DNA from: Klebsiella phage ViciousJeremy
Sequence record: OR896850.1
Reading direction: 5' to 3' (one strand)
Length of the DNA stretch: 38,798 nucleotides
A model generated the notes under the pieces. The model worked only from the letters and a program-made list of their open reading frames with translations, searched no databases and had not been told where the DNA came from. Shown here one piece after another: positions 25,853 through 35,637 of this stretch (the first letter of the stretch is position 1; every line of letters starts with the position of its first letter). Position numbers and translations under genes: made by a program.

Positions 25853-28258
25853 ATGGCTCTCATTAGTCAATCAATCAAGAACCTCAAGGGTGGTATCAGC
25901 CAACAGCCAGATATTCTCCGGTTCGCTGAACAAGGTAGCGTGCAGATTAACGGTTGGTCTTCTGAGTCCGAGGGTCTCCAGAAGCGCCCACCGATGATTC
26001 ACCTTAAGACCCTTGGCCCTGCTGGGTATGTGGGTGCGCAACCTTACGTGCATCTTATCAACCGTGATGAGTTCGAGCAGTATTTCGTCGTGTTCACTGG
26101 TGAAGACATTAAGGTGTTCGACCTCGATGGTAAGGAGTATCTAGTACGTGGAGACCGCTCTTATGTGCGCACAGCTAACCCACGGGAAGACCTTCGGATG
26201 GTAACGGTGGCTGACTATACCTTTGTGACTAACCGCAAGGTGGTTGTGCAGAGTAACGACCAATCGGTCAACCTTCCGGGCTTTAAAGACCAAGGCGATG
26301 CGCTGATTAATGTTCGTGGTGGGCAATATGGGCGTAGACTCTCAATCGAGTTCAACGGGGCTGAGCGTGCTGCTATTCAACTACCAGACGGCTCACAACC
26401 AGCACACGTCAATGAGGTTGACGGTCAGGCCATCGCTGAGAAGCTGGCGGCTCAGCTGCGGAATAACCTAGGGAACCCAAACAATGAACAAGACCCAAAT
26501 AAGTGGCGGTTCAATGTTGGCCCCGGATTCATCCACATCCTTGCGCCTAATAACGATAACGTTTGGGGACTACAGACTAAGGATGGTTACGCAGACCAGC
26601 TAATCAACCCTGTAACCCACTACACTCAGTCGTTCCAGAAGTTGCCCATTAACGCTCCAGATGGGTACATTGTGAAGATTGTAGGTGACACCTCAAAGAC
26701 TGCCGACCAGTATTACGTTAGGTTCGACCTCAACCGTAAGGTATGGGTAGAAACAATCGGCTGGAACACAAGGACTCACCTGCACTACCACACGATGCCT
26801 TGGGCGCTGGTACGTGCTTCTGACGGGAACTTTGACTTCAAGTACCTTGAGTGGGGTGCTCGTACTGTGGGTGATGATACAACTAACCCATACCCATCGT
26901 TTACCGGACAGACAATCAATGATATTTTCTTCTTCCGTAACCGTTTGGGGTTCCTTAGTGGGGAGAACATCATCTTGTCTCGCACCTCGAAATACTTCAA
27001 CTTCTTCCCGGCCTCCGTGTCAAACTACTCCGACGATGACCCAATCGACGTTGCGGTTAGCCACAACCGGGTGTCAACCTTGAAGTATGCCGTTCCGTTC
27101 TCCGAAGAGTTGCTCCTGTGGTCTGACCAAGCGCAGTTCGTTCTGACAGCCTCTGGAATCCTTTCGAGTCGCTCCGTAGAGTTGAACCTTACGACTCAGT
27201 TCGACGTACAAGATAGGGCACGACCACATGGTGTAGGACGTAATGTATACTTTGCGTCACCTCGCGCTTCCTTCACATCCATTAACCGATACTATGCGGT
27301 ACAGGATGTAAGCTCTGTGAAGAACGCAGAGGACATGACGGCTCACGTTCCGAACTACATACCGAATGGAGTATTCAGTATATCGGGGACAACCGCTGAG
27401 AACTTCGCGGCTATCCTTACGAGCGGAGCACCGAACCGAGTGTATATCTACAAGTTCCTCTATATTGATGAGGAAATCAGGCAGCAGTCGTGGTCTCATT
27501 GGGACTTTGGGGACAACGTTACGGTGTTTGCAGCACAGGTGATAAACTCAACAATGACTGTATTGATGAGCAATGAACATGCTGTGTGGATGGGACGCTT
27601 ACACTTCACGAAGAACTCCATAGACATTCCGGGAGAGCCTTACAGATTATACATCGACGCTAAGAGGAAATACACCATCCCTGCCGGGACGTATAATGAT
27701 GATACCTACCAGACGTCCATAAGCCTCGCAACAATTTATGGGATGAACTTCACTAGGGGCAGAGTGTCTGTGGTCTTTCCTGATGGGAAGATTGTAGAGA
27801 TAGACCAGCCAATCAACGGGTGGAGTAGCGACCCAATACTGAGACTTGATGGAAACCAAGAGGGACAAGTAGTCTACATTGGGTTCAACATCCCGTTCAC
27901 TTATACGTTCTCGAAGTTCCTCATCAAGAAGACTGCTGAGGACGGCTCGACGGCTACCGAGGATATTGGTCGTTTACAGCTTCGGCGTGCGTGGGTAAAC
28001 TATGAGGACTCTGGAGCGTTCACCATCCGTGTGAACAACCTGTCCCGTGAGTTCATCTACACAATGGCTGGTGCTCGCTTGGGTTCTGACAATCTGCGTG
28101 TTGGTAGGTCGAACATTGGCACAGGGCAGTACCGCTTCCCGGTTGTTGGAAACGCTCAGACGAACATAGTAACTATCGAGTCAGATGCGTCAACACCGCT
28201 GAACATCATTGGGTGCGGCTGGGAGGGGAACTACCTTCGTCGTTCTTCGGGCATTTAA
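25853..28258 (+). CDS. 12: Gene 12 tail tubular protein B (nozzle)
   Basis: 801 aa (T7: 794); MALISQSIKNLKGGISQQPDILRFAEQG... colinear with T7 gp12. Confidence 0.95.
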   Translation: MALISQSIKNLKGGISQQPDILRFAEQGSVQINGWSSESEGLQKRPPMIHLKTLGPAGYVGAQPYVHLINRDEFEQYFVVFTGEDIKVFDLDGKEYLVRGDRSYVRTANPREDLRMVTVADYTFVTNRKVVVQSNDQSVNLPGFKDQGDALINVRGGQYGRRLSIEFNGAERAAIQLPDGSQPAHVNEVDGQAIAEKLAAQLRNNLGNPNNEQDPNKWRFNVGPGFIHILAPNNDNVWGLQTKDGYADQLINPVTHYTQSFQKLPINAPDGYIVKIVGDTSKTADQYYVRFDLNRKVWVETIGWNTRTHLHYHTMPWALVRASDGNFDFKYLEWGARTVGDDTTNPYPSFTGQTINDIFFFRNRLGFLSGENIILSRTSKYFNFFPASVSNYSDDDPIDVAVSHNRVSTLKYAVPFSEELLLWSDQAQFVLTASGILSSRSVELNLTTQFDVQDRARPHGVGRNVYFASPRASFTSINRYYAVQDVSSVKNAEDMTAHVPNYIPNGVFSISGTTAENFAAILTSGAPNRVYIYKFLYIDEEIRQQSWSHWDFGDNVTVFAAQVINSTMTVLMSNEHAVWMGRLHFTKNSIDIPGEPYRLYIDAKRKYTIPAGTYNDDTYQTSISLATIYGMNFTRGRVSVVFPDGKIVEIDQPINGWSSDPILRLDGNQEGQVVYIGFNIPFTYTFSKFLIKKTAEDGSTATEDIGRLQLRRAWVNYEDSGAFTIRVNNLSREFIYTMAGARLGSDNLRVGRSNIGTGQYRFPVVGNAQTNIVTIESDASTPLNIIGCGWEGNYLRRSSGI

Positions 28259-28278
28259 CTTAAAGTCTCCCTGCGGTG

Positions 28279-28301
28279 AATTAACCCTCACTAAAGGGAG
28301 A
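28279..28301 (+). promoter_or_regulatory. T3-type class III promoter (phi13)
   Basis: AATTAACCCTCACTAAAGGGAGA perfect consensus. Confidence 0.9.
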
Positions 28302-28330
28302 CACTAATAGATACGAGGGGTTAAAGCATT

Positions 28331-28741
28331 ATGTACATTACAAAGTGTTTACAAATCCATGCCGACAACTTTCAGCCGTCCATAGAGGACATTCTGGAAG
28401 CTGAGGCACTAGGTGTTGAACCAAAGGTAATTCCTGATGAGAACACTGTGGCAATGCTTAGCGATAACGCTGTGTTGGCAATCGGTGGCAATCAGGGAGA
28501 CCGAGTGTGGTTCCTTACCTCTAAGTACGTCCCATTGTTTACCTTGAGGGAGCGCTTAGAGTTTCGTAGACTTATCATTGAATATCGTGATATGATGCTG
28601 AGCCAGTACGAGTCCATTTGGAATTTCGTTTGGGTAGGTAATAAGTCACACATTCGTTTCCTAAAGACCATAGGCGCGGTATTCCATAATGAGTTTACCG
28701 CTGATGGTCAATTTCAATTATTCACTATCAGTAGGAGGTAA
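28331..28741 (+). CDS. 13: Gene 13 internal virion protein A
   Basis: 136 aa (T7: 138); position. Confidence 0.8.
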   Translation: MYITKCLQIHADNFQPSIEDILEAEALGVEPKVIPDENTVAMLSDNAVLAIGGNQGDRVWFLTSKYVPLFTLRERLEFRRLIIEYRDMMLSQYESIWNFVWVGNKSHIRFLKTIGAVFHNEFTADGQFQLFTISRR

Positions 28742-28743
28742 CT

Positions 28744-29337
28744 ATGTGCTGGATGGCAGCGATTCCTATTGCTATGGCTGGTGCCCAAGCTCTAAGTAGC
28801 CAGAACAGTGCTGACAAGGCGCGAGTGGCACAGACCGAAGCTGGACGCAGACAGGCAATGGAGATGGTCAAAGAGATGAATATCCAAAATGCCAACGCCT
28901 CGCTGGAACAACGGGACGCCCTTGAAGCTGCATCCTCTGAGTTGACTTCACGTAACATGCAGAAGGTACAAGCTATGGGAACCATCCGTGCAGCTATCGG
29001 CGAGAGTATGCTAGAAGGCGAATCCATGAAGCGCATCAAGCGTATCGAAGAGGGCAACTACATTCGGGAGGCAAATAGCGTCACCGAGAACTACCATCGA
29101 GACTACGCGAGTATCTTTGCGCAACAGTTGGGACGCACTCAGTCAACAGCAAGTCAAGTCGATGCAATGTACAAGAGCGAGGCCAAGGGTAAGTCTGGTC
29201 TGATGCGTGTACTAGACCCTCTGTCCATTATGGGTCAGGAAGCTGCAAGTCAATATGCGGCTGGTGGATTTGACAAGAAAGGTGGAAACCAAGCAGCACC
29301 TATCAGTGCCGCCAAAGGAACCAAGACCGGGAGGTAA
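28744..29337 (+). CDS. 14: Gene 14 internal virion (core) protein B
   Basis: 197 aa (T7: 196); position. Confidence 0.85.
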   Translation: MCWMAAIPIAMAGAQALSSQNSADKARVAQTEAGRRQAMEMVKEMNIQNANASLEQRDALEAASSELTSRNMQKVQAMGTIRAAIGESMLEGESMKRIKRIEEGNYIREANSVTENYHRDYASIFAQQLGRTQSTASQVDAMYKSEAKGKSGLMRVLDPLSIMGQEAASQYAAGGFDKKGGNQAAPISAAKGTKTGR

Positions 29338-29339
29338 TA

Positions 29340-31583
29340 ATGGCTAGTAAACTAAATAGTGTTTTAGGCAACATGGCGACTCCCGGTATGGAACGACTCC
29401 GGGGCGTCAAAGGTATGGATTACCGGGCAGCAACCATTCAGGCTGAACAACCAAGAGCGAGTCTTCTGGACTCCCTAGGTCGATTCGCTAAGGCTGGTGC
29501 CGATATGTACATGGCGAAAGAGGAACGTGATAAGCAACGAGCCGATGAGCGCTCCAACGAGATTATCCGTAAGCTGACCCCTGAGCAGCGCCGACAGGCT
29601 ATCCAGAATGGTACACTGCTGTATCAGGATGACCCATACGCAATGCAAGCCTTGAAGTTCAAGACCGGGCGTAACGCTGCGTTCCTTGTTGACGATGAGG
29701 TTCAACAGGCCATCAAAGAGGGCCGCTTCCGTACTCGTGAAGAGATGGAGCAGTATCGTCACTCGCGCCTACAGGAGCACTCGAAGTCGTTCGCTGAGCA
29801 GTTCGGCATCAATGAGATGGACGAGGAATACCAGAAGGGTTTCAATGCGAACATCACCGAGCGCAACATCGCTCTGTATGGGGCACATGATACCTTCCTG
29901 AGTGACCAAGCGCAGAAGGGTGCAATCCTGAACTCGAAGGTTGAACTCAATGGTGTCCTGTCTGACCCTGACCTACTGTCTCGTCCTGAATCCGGTGAGT
30001 TCTTCCAGAACTACATCGACAACTCCTTGGTGACAGGGATGACTGACAATCAGGCTCAACAGGTTATCTCTTCGTCCCTGAATGACGTGCTACAGCGTCC
30101 GGGTGGTGCCGCCTTCTTGCAGAACATTGAGAACCGCAAGGTAACTCTAAATGGCGCTACGACTACCTATCGTGAACTGATGGGTGATGAACAGTGGCAG
30201 GCCATGATGATTAAGGCACAGCACACTCAATTCCAGAACAACGCGAAGTTAACAGAGAAGTTCCGACTGGATATTAACTCAGCGCTTAACCAAGCGGACA
30301 CTGGTAAAGGTTGGGAGACTCTTCAAGGCATCAAGGCCGAACTCGATAAGATTCAGCCGGGTGAAGAGATGACTCCTGAGCGTGAGTGGCTGATTTCCGC
30401 ACAGGAACAGATGCGCACCCGCTTCAAGCAGGAACAAGCTGAGACAGCCAAGCTGATGGACAAGCAACAGAAGACCCTGAATAAATCTTTGGTCATCGAC
30501 AAGCAGTTCCAGAAGCGCCTCAACGGTGAATACGTCTCGACCAACTATAAGGACATGCCGACCAACGAGAACACTGGTGAGTTTACACATAGCGATATGG
30601 TCAACTACGCGAACCAGAAGTTAGCAGAAATCGAAGCGATGGACTTAACGCCAGAACAGAAAGACAAACTGAAATTGGACTACCTACGGGCAGACTCCAA
30701 GGAGGGTGCTTTCCGTGCAGCGTTTGGTGAGATGATTACTGACGCGGGTAACGAATGGCAGGCTGCGGTGATTAACGGTAAGATGCCTGAGAGCACACCA
30801 GCGATGGACAACCTTCGTCGCATCCGCAACACTGACCCTGACCTGATTGCCTCTCTGTATCCTGACAAGGCCGAGTTATTCCTGACGATGGACATGTTGG
30901 ATAACCAAGGCATCGACACGCAGGTTCTTATCGACGCTGATAAGGCCCGCGCACAGAAGACCAAGGAGATGCAGTTTGAGGATGACCGAGCGTGGGCTGC
31001 TATGATGAACGATTCAACGAATCCTCAAATCAAGTACATGCCTTCGAGTGTCCAAGGGTATGCCCGGAAGATTTATGATTCCGTGAAGTACCGGACAGGG
31101 AACCCTGACATGGCAACCGAACAGGTCGCAAAGTTCCTCTCCGATTCGACGACCACGTTCTCCAGTAGCGATGTTGAGGGTGATACCTACGGCGTCCTAC
31201 CGAAGAACATCCTGACTGTTTCGGATGACCCTAAGTCGTGGGAGCAAGGGAAGAACATTCTGGACGAAGCCATTAAGGGAATCACAGCGGCGAACCCTTG
31301 GATTACCAACAAGCAACTGTCGGTGTACCAGCAAGGTGATTCAATCTACCTGATGGACACAACCGGACAGGTTCGCATTCGGTATGACCAAGAGTTGCTC
31401 AAGCGTGAGTATCAGCGCACCGCACAGATGCAAGCTGAGGCAGCACGAGAGAAAGCCCTCAAAGAGGCCAACAAGCGTGCCCCAATCAGTCGTGTATCAC
31501 AGGCGCGCGAAGAAGCGCGTAAACGTGTCCAAGAGAAGCGGAAGAAGACTCCGAAGTACATCTATGGACGTAAAGAAGACTAA
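29340..31583 (+). CDS. 15: Gene 15 internal virion (core) protein C
   Basis: 747 aa (T7: 747). Confidence 0.9.
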   Translation: MASKLNSVLGNMATPGMERLRGVKGMDYRAATIQAEQPRASLLDSLGRFAKAGADMYMAKEERDKQRADERSNEIIRKLTPEQRRQAIQNGTLLYQDDPYAMQALKFKTGRNAAFLVDDEVQQAIKEGRFRTREEMEQYRHSRLQEHSKSFAEQFGINEMDEEYQKGFNANITERNIALYGAHDTFLSDQAQKGAILNSKVELNGVLSDPDLLSRPESGEFFQNYIDNSLVTGMTDNQAQQVISSSLNDVLQRPGGAAFLQNIENRKVTLNGATTTYRELMGDEQWQAMMIKAQHTQFQNNAKLTEKFRLDINSALNQADTGKGWETLQGIKAELDKIQPGEEMTPEREWLISAQEQMRTRFKQEQAETAKLMDKQQKTLNKSLVIDKQFQKRLNGEYVSTNYKDMPTNENTGEFTHSDMVNYANQKLAEIEAMDLTPEQKDKLKLDYLRADSKEGAFRAAFGEMITDAGNEWQAAVINGKMPESTPAMDNLRRIRNTDPDLIASLYPDKAELFLTMDMLDNQGIDTQVLIDADKARAQKTKEMQFEDDRAWAAMMNDSTNPQIKYMPSSVQGYARKIYDSVKYRTGNPDMATEQVAKFLSDSTTTFSSSDVEGDTYGVLPKNILTVSDDPKSWEQGKNILDEAIKGITAANPWITNKQLSVYQQGDSIYLMDTTGQVRIRYDQELLKREYQRTAQMQAEAAREKALKEANKRAPISRVSQAREEARKRVQEKRKKTPKYIYGRKED

Positions 31584-31601
31584 CAGTGATAAGGAGGCTC
31601 C

Positions 31602-34600
31602 ATGAGCTACGATAAGAACAAACCTAGCGAGTTCGATGGGTTATTTCAAAAAGCGGCAGACAATCATGGGGTCTCCTATGACCTGCTTCGTAAATTAGCA
31701 TTCAACGAATCCAGCTTTAATCCAAAGGCCAAATCCCCAACTGGCCCGAAGGGTCTCATGCAGTTCACCAAAGGTACAGCCACTGCGCTTGGCCTCAAGG
31801 TTACTGACGATGATGACGATGACCGTTACAACCCTGAGTTGGCTGTGGATGCAGCCGCTCGCCACCTGAGTGACCTCATTCGGAAGTACGATGGGGATGA
31901 ACTCAAAGCTGCCTTGGCGTATAATCAGGGCGAGGGGCGCAACGGTGCTCCACAGATACAGGCTTATGACAAAGGCGATTGGGCTTCAATCTCTGAGGAA
32001 GGTCGTAACTATATGCGTAACCTGATGGACGTAGCTAACAGTCCTCGCAAGGGGGACTTGGAGGCGTTCGGCGGCATCACCCCAAAGGCTAAGGGCATTC
32101 CATCTGGGGATGCATTTGCTGGAATCGGGAAGAAGCAGACGGTAGGCACTGACCTGCCGGAGTCAACTGGATTCAAAGTGGAGGGTAAGGAGCAGAAAGC
32201 ACCTAACGTGCCGTATGCTAAGGACTTTTGGGAAAAGACTGGAACAACACTGGACGAGTTTAATTCTCGTTCAACCTTCTTCGGAATCGGAGATGCCACA
32301 AGTGCAGAACTTCACAACTCTGTATTGGGTGTGGCTTTTCGTGCCGCTCGTAGTGATGACGGTTTTGATTTATTCAAGGACACCATTACGCCGACTCGCT
32401 GGAACAGCCATACGTGGACTCCAGAAGAGTTAGAGCGTATCCGTAAGGAAGTGAAGAACCCATCGTACATCAACGTAGTCACTGGAGGCTCTCCTGAGAA
32501 TCTGGACGCCCTCATTAAGATGGCGAATGACAACTACGAGATGGACGCGCGGTCTGCCGATGCTGGTGTTGGTGCCAAACTTACTGCTAGCATCGTCGGT
32601 GCTGGTGTAGACCCGCTGAGTTACGTGCCGCTAGTAGGCGTAGCCGGGAAGGGTCTCAAGGTGGTCAACAAGGCTTTCATTGTTGGTACTCAAAGTGCTG
32701 GCCTCGCTGTTGCCTCTGAGGGTATCCGTACATCAATCGCTGGTGGAGAAGCCCACTATGCTGATGCTGCTTTAGGCGGTCTGATGTTCGGTGCCGGGAT
32801 GAGTGCAATCAGTGACGCTATCGCCGCTGGTATTCGCCGTTCCCGTGGGACTGAGGTTGTTAATGACTTCGCTCCTATGGCACACCGCTTGGAAGCCCGT
32901 GAGACCGCTCTGAACACTGGTGGTGAAGACCTGACCCGTATGCCTAGCGAGAACCGTGTGTTCGACCGTGAGCACGCTGGCGTTGAGTATTCACCTCTGG
33001 AGACCGAGCCGGGTGCCGTTGTGTTGCCTCAAGGTCAAATCCTTAGCGACACCAACCCACTGAACCCTCAGACTCTTAGCGAGTTCGAGGCGGTCAACCC
33101 TGAGCGTGCCTCTCGTGGTATCTCTTTGGGCGGTTTCACTGAGATTGGCTTGAAGACTCTCCGCTCTGAGAACCCGACTGTTCGCTCCATTGCGAGTGAC
33201 CTTGTGCGTTCTCCAACAGGGATGGAATCAGGCTCTAATGGTAAGTTCGGTGCGACAGCTTCTGACATTAAGGAGCGACTCCACGCGAACAATCAGCGCA
33301 CCTACAATCAGCTTTATGATGCTGTGCGTACTGCAATGAAAGACCCTGAGTTCTCCACAGGTGGGGCCACAATGAGCCGTAAGGAAATCCGACAGGAAAT
33401 CTACAAGCGTGCAGCCTTGGCGATTGAGCGACCTGAGCTTCAAGCAAACCTGACAAAGGGTGAGCGGAACGTGATGAACATCCTTAAGCAGCACTTTGAC
33501 CTCAAACGTGAAATCATGGAGAACCCGTCAATCTTCGGCAACACCAAGGCGGTCAGTATCTTCCCCGGCTCACGCCACAAGGGAACCTACGTGCCAAACG
33601 TGTACGACCGCGCTATCAAGATTGAGATGGTTAAACGTTACGGTAATGATGGCTTGCAGCGAGCAATCGCGGAGTCATGGTTGACGTCTTATCGTGCTCG
33701 TCCAGAAGTCAAGGCGAGGGTCGATGAGTACCTGATGGAACTTAACGGTCTCAAATCCGTGCAGGAAGTTACGCCTGAGATGGTGCAGAAGCACGCGATG
33801 GATAAGGCGTATGGTATTTCACACACTGACCAGTTCTCTGCCTCCTCTGTCATTGAGGATAACATTGAGGGTCTGGTGGGTATCGAGAACAACAACTTCT
33901 TGGAAGCCCGTAACATGTTCGACAGCGACATGGCGGTGACTCTCCCTGATGGTAACACGTTCTCTGTGAATGACCTGCGTACCTATGACATGGCTGAAAT
34001 TCTGCCTGCATACGACCGAAGAGTAGATGGTGATGTTGCAATCATGGGCGGTTCCGGTAAGACTACCAAAGACCTGAAAGATGAAATCATGGCGCTGGAT
34101 AAGCAGGCTGAGGGTAACGGCACACTGAAAGGTGAAGTGGAAGCCCTCAAGGACACCGTGAAGATTCTGACTGGTCGTGCCCGTAGGAACCCGGAAGGCG
34201 CTTGGGGTACAGCCCTGCGCTCCGTAAATGACCTCACGTTCTTTGCTAAGAACGCCTATATGGGCGCACAGAACGTTACTGAAATCGCTGGTATGTTGGC
34301 GAAAGGTAACGTCTCTGCGATAACTCATGGCATCCCTGTGATTAACGATTGGGTCAACCGTGGTAAACCGCTTCGTGCCTCTGAGATTAAGGAGATACAC
34401 GGGATGGTGTTCGGTAAGGAACTAGACCAACTAATCCGTCCGGGACGTGAAGACCACGTGCGCCGACTCCGGGAGTCTACGGACACCAGCGCTGCGGTTG
34501 CCAATGTGGTCGGCACGATTCGTTTCGGCACTCAAGAGTTGGCTGCACGCTCTCCTTGGACAATGCTCCTAAACGGAACATCAAACTACATTCTTGATGC

Positions 34601-35564
34601 TGCCCGTCAGGGTGTGCTTGGGGATGTGGCTGGAGCGGCCCTTGCTGGGAAAGCCTCTAAGTTCGGTAAGGCAAACTACCTTAAGTCTGCCTCTATCAGC
34701 CCTGAGCAGTGGAATGGAATCAAGCAGTTGTTCAGAGACCATGCGACTCGTGGAGAAGACGGTAAGTTCACCATTCGTGACAAACAGGCTTTCGCTAACG
34801 ACCCTCGTTCGATGGACTTGTGGCGACTGGCTGACAAGGTGGCGGATGAGACTATACTGCGCCCTCACAAGGTTTCCTCACAGGACTCCAAAGCGTTCGG
34901 TGCAGGGGTGAAGATGGTGATGCAGTTTAAGAACTTCGTCATCAAATCCCTTAACTCCCGGTTCGTCCGTAGCTTCTACGAGGCAACTAAGAACAACCGT
35001 GCGTTAGACCAAGCGTTGACTCATATCATCTCTTTGGGTCTAGCTGGTGGCTACTACGTTGCGCAGGCGCACCTTAAGGCTGCAAGCCTACAGGAGCACA
35101 AACGTAAGGAGTACCTTAAGAACGCACTTGACCCTAAGATGATTGCTCATGCGTCAATCTCTCGTAGTTCACACTTAGGCTCACCATTGAGTATCTACGA
35201 CATGTTCGCTGGGATGGTTGGTAGCGATACCTATAAGTACACCCGCTCTACTGTACTCCCTAAAGAGTCCGAGAAGCGAGACCCTAACAAGGCAGTGACA
35301 GGCAGACAGGTGGCTTCAACTATCGCAGGTGCAATTGGTGAGCAGGTTCCGGGTTTAGGTTTTGTTGGCTCTGTGGGTGCAACAACTATTAACGCCGCTT
35401 CCCTGCTGTCTTCTCCAAACAAGGCTACCGCTCTGGAGTTTCGTACAGGACTCTTCAACACCTCTCGTGAGTTGATTCCTAATGACCCGCTATCGCAGCA
35501 ACTCATTATGAAAATCTACGAGGCCAACGGTATCCGCATAAAGGAGACGCCGAAGAAACAATAA
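31602..35564 (+). CDS. 16: Gene 16 internal virion protein D with N-terminal lytic transglycosylase domain
   Basis: 1320 aa (T7: 1318); N-terminal ...LRKLAFNESSFNPKAKSPTGPKGLMQFTKGTA is an SLT motif with the catalytic Glu. Confidence 0.95.
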   Translation: MSYDKNKPSEFDGLFQKAADNHGVSYDLLRKLAFNESSFNPKAKSPTGPKGLMQFTKGTATALGLKVTDDDDDDRYNPELAVDAAARHLSDLIRKYDGDELKAALAYNQGEGRNGAPQIQAYDKGDWASISEEGRNYMRNLMDVANSPRKGDLEAFGGITPKAKGIPSGDAFAGIGKKQTVGTDLPESTGFKVEGKEQKAPNVPYAKDFWEKTGTTLDEFNSRSTFFGIGDATSAELHNSVLGVAFRAARSDDGFDLFKDTITPTRWNSHTWTPEELERIRKEVKNPSYINVVTGGSPENLDALIKMANDNYEMDARSADAGVGAKLTASIVGAGVDPLSYVPLVGVAGKGLKVVNKAFIVGTQSAGLAVASEGIRTSIAGGEAHYADAALGGLMFGAGMSAISDAIAAGIRRSRGTEVVNDFAPMAHRLEARETALNTGGEDLTRMPSENRVFDREHAGVEYSPLETEPGAVVLPQGQILSDTNPLNPQTLSEFEAVNPERASRGISLGGFTEIGLKTLRSENPTVRSIASDLVRSPTGMESGSNGKFGATASDIKERLHANNQRTYNQLYDAVRTAMKDPEFSTGGATMSRKEIRQEIYKRAALAIERPELQANLTKGERNVMNILKQHFDLKREIMENPSIFGNTKAVSIFPGSRHKGTYVPNVYDRAIKIEMVKRYGNDGLQRAIAESWLTSYRARPEVKARVDEYLMELNGLKSVQEVTPEMVQKHAMDKAYGISHTDQFSASSVIEDNIEGLVGIENNNFLEARNMFDSDMAVTLPDGNTFSVNDLRTYDMAEILPAYDRRVDGDVAIMGGSGKTTKDLKDEIMALDKQAEGNGTLKGEVEALKDTVKILTGRARRNPEGAWGTALRSVNDLTFFAKNAYMGAQNVTEIAGMLAKGNVSAITHGIPVINDWVNRGKPLRASEIKEIHGMVFGKELDQLIRPGREDHVRRLRESTDTSAAVANVVGTIRFGTQELAARSPWTMLLNGTSNYILDAARQGVLGDVAGAALAGKASKFGKANYLKSASISPEQWNGIKQLFRDHATRGEDGKFTIRDKQAFANDPRSMDLWRLADKVADETILRPHKVSSQDSKAFGAGVKMVMQFKNFVIKSLNSRFVRSFYEATKNNRALDQALTHIISLGLAGGYYVAQAHLKAASLQEHKRKEYLKNALDPKMIAHASISRSSHLGSPLSIYDMFAGMVGSDTYKYTRSTVLPKESEKRDPNKAVTGRQVASTIAGAIGEQVPGLGFVGSVGATTINAASLLSSPNKATALEFRTGLFNTSRELIPNDPLSQQLIMKIYEANGIRIKETPKKQ

Positions 35565-35582
35565 ACCCTCACTAAAGGGAGA
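35560..35582 (+). promoter_or_regulatory. T3-type class III promoter (phi17)
   Basis: AATAAACCCTCACTAAAGGGAGA; overlaps the gene 16 stop; followed by a GAGAGAGG...CCTCTTCTCTC hairpin in the leader. Confidence 0.8.
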
Positions 35583-35637
35583 GAGGTCACATTCTGGCCT
35601 CTTCTCTCTCTTAATGCTAATTTACAAAGGAGGTCAC

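Noticed and set aside
35614-35637. ATG 35614 extending gene 17 by 8 codons
   Set aside because: The AAAGGAGG SD sits between 35614 and 35638. The T7 fibre starts at the equivalent of 35638 (MA..IKTV).
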